From NCBI GenBank assembly GCA_040902895.1, contig JBBDWL010000056.1:16482-80481 (forward strand): 64,000 nucleotides of DNA, in the 5' to 3' direction. The notes under the pieces are model-generated. The model was not told where the DNA came from. It ran no database searches and saw only the letters and a program-made list of their open reading frames with translations. The position numbers and the translations under genes are program-made. Shown here one piece after another: positions 63,035 through 64,000 of the stretch (position 1 is the stretch's first letter; each line of letters begins with the position of its first letter). This DNA comes from Vicinamibacterales bacterium. Lineage in GTDB: Bacteria; Acidobacteriota; Vicinamibacteria; Vicinamibacterales; SCN-69-37.

Positions 63035-63865
63035 GTGTTTCTCGGCATCATTCATCGCGAGATCGCACAGACGACGCCCGCCCCGGCGGAACACCAGGCC
63101 GATGGCGTTCGGTGGCGCACATGTCTGCGCGAGGTGGTGTTCCTCGAGCGTGAAACGCCCGCGAGTGCGGGGCGCGGCGCGCAACCGATGCGCGGCGCCG
63201 AGGCCTACGCCTTTCTGCTCGAAACGATCTGCGGACTCCACTCTCGGATGCTGGGAGAAACGCAGGTGCTCGGCCAGTTCCGCGCGTTTCTCGCGTCGCT
63301 TTCGCCTGTCGATGCGCCATGGCTCGACGCGGTGGGCCAGCAGCTGATCGCGGATGCGCGCGCGATCCGCGAGCGCCATCTTCGAGGGCTCGGGTCGCGC
63401 TCGTACGGCAGCGCCGTCAGGCGATACCTGACGGGCGCCGAGACGGTGACGCTCGTCGGCGCCGGGGCGCTCGCCCGCGAGCTCCTGCCCTATCTCTCGG
63501 AAGGCCGTCGCGTGGATCGGTGGACACGGCAGGATGTCGCCGGCGCGCCAGGCCGAGCTGCATCCCCCGCGCCCGCCGTCCTCGTCATTGCCGCGCCGCT
63601 TCGCGCCGGCGGCATCGAAGCCGTCGCGCGCTGCTACACCTCGTTGATCCGGATCGTCGACCTGCGCGATGCCGAAGCGCGCGACGTGCTCTCGATTGCC
63701 ACGCCTGTCATCTCGCTCGACGACGTGTTTGCGGATGTTGCCGCAACGTCGGCCGCGGTCGACGAGCGCGTGGAGAGCGCGCGCCGCGAGATCCAGGGCA
63801 TGGCCGCTGCATTCGAGCGCCGGCATCAGCTGCGGCCGTTCGGATGGGACGATCTGTGCGCCTGA
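63035..63865 (+). CDS. glutamyl-tRNA reductase-like protein (short form)
   Basis: GAEAYAFLLETICGLHSRMLGETQVLGQFRAF resembles the HemA GLDSMVLGEPQILGQVK catalytic region. LVGAGALARELLPYL is NADP-binding-like. It is only 276 aa, lacking the usual C-terminal dimerisation region. Confidence 0.55.
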   Translation: MFLGIIHREIAQTTPAPAEHQADGVRWRTCLREVVFLERETPASAGRGAQPMRGAEAYAFLLETICGLHSRMLGETQVLGQFRAFLASLSPVDAPWLDAVGQQLIADARAIRERHLRGLGSRSYGSAVRRYLTGAETVTLVGAGALARELLPYLSEGRRVDRWTRQDVAGAPGRAASPAPAVLVIAAPLRAGGIEAVARCYTSLIRIVDLRDAEARDVLSIATPVISLDDVFADVAATSAAVDERVESARREIQGMAAAFERRHQLRPFGWDDLCA

Positions 63866-64000
63866 GAGTCCTCACCCGCGCCAGCGATCTGGCGCGGCTT
63901 CAGGGACACATCGTCAAGCGCCGGCTGCAGACCGTCTGGCCATCAGCCGATGTCGTGCTCACGGTCAGGGAATCGGCCGGTGACGCCAATCCTCACACGC
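63856..64000 (+). CDS. hemC: porphobilinogen deaminase, N-terminal part (runs off window)
   Basis: Hand translation from GTG 63856 gives MRLRVLTRASDLARLQGHIVKRRLQTVWPSADVVLTVRESAGDANPH..., which resembles the HemC N-terminus (lrIgTRgS.LA..Q...T.GD). It overlaps the upstream stop. Confidence 0.5.
   Translation, partial: MRLRVLTRASDLARLQGHIVKRRLQTVWPSADVVLTVRESAGDANPHT

Noticed and set aside
1-64000. CRISPR arrays, rRNA genes, IS elements or transposases, prophage structural genes
   Set aside because: I saw no regularly spaced repeats of 3 or more units and no rRNA-like conserved stretches. No ORF has DDE, tyrosine or serine recombinase motifs, or capsid, terminase or portal signatures.

Overview
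High-GC bacterial chromosomal segment, densely coding on both strands, almost certainly from Acidobacteriota. The lineage markers are ADOP-type duplicated FtsX permeases with PadR partners, many TIGR03436-type 'acidobacterial VWFA' proteins, and a CarboxypepD_reg-type TonB-dependent receptor. Recognisable housekeeping genes are yciH, a DUF2520-panB-panC operon, tRNA-Ser(GGA), yjbQ, mug, glgB and a hemA-like/hemC pair. Three regions stand out. (1) About 20.2-39.1 kb is a ~19 kb paralog-rich cluster. It holds six long and two short VWA-like proteins that all lack a canonical DxSxS MIDAS motif. These are interleaved with two TPR-fused alkaline-phosphatase-superfamily ('sulfatase-like') enzymes in which the sulfatase CxPxR signature is TxPxH. 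The cluster shows tandem duplication and overlapping start/stop codons. (2) About 39.2-47.1 kb looks like an accessory and decay hotspot. It contains two AbrB-VapB/VapC modules, a lower-GC islet beside tRNA-Ser carrying a bacterial XPF/ERCC4-(HhH)2 nuclease coupled to unknown small ORFs, a 14-nt tandem repeat, and a disrupted amidohydrolase. (3) A long perfect palindromic element (27-28 bp stems, shared GGGGACGGGTCTC core, compensatory arm changes) occurs twice at gene ends. The window also holds four toxin-antitoxin loci (one an orphan Phd), two gene remnants (an ADOP permease and a TonB-receptor C-terminus), two tandem soluble orphan histidine kinases, and a CXXCH outer-membrane protein next to a membrane Rieske protein. 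I saw no rRNA, CRISPR array, integrase or transposase. All calls rest on reading the supplied translations and the DNA by eye, with no database searches. Many long ORFs in the track are antisense or out-of-frame artefacts of high GC and were not called.
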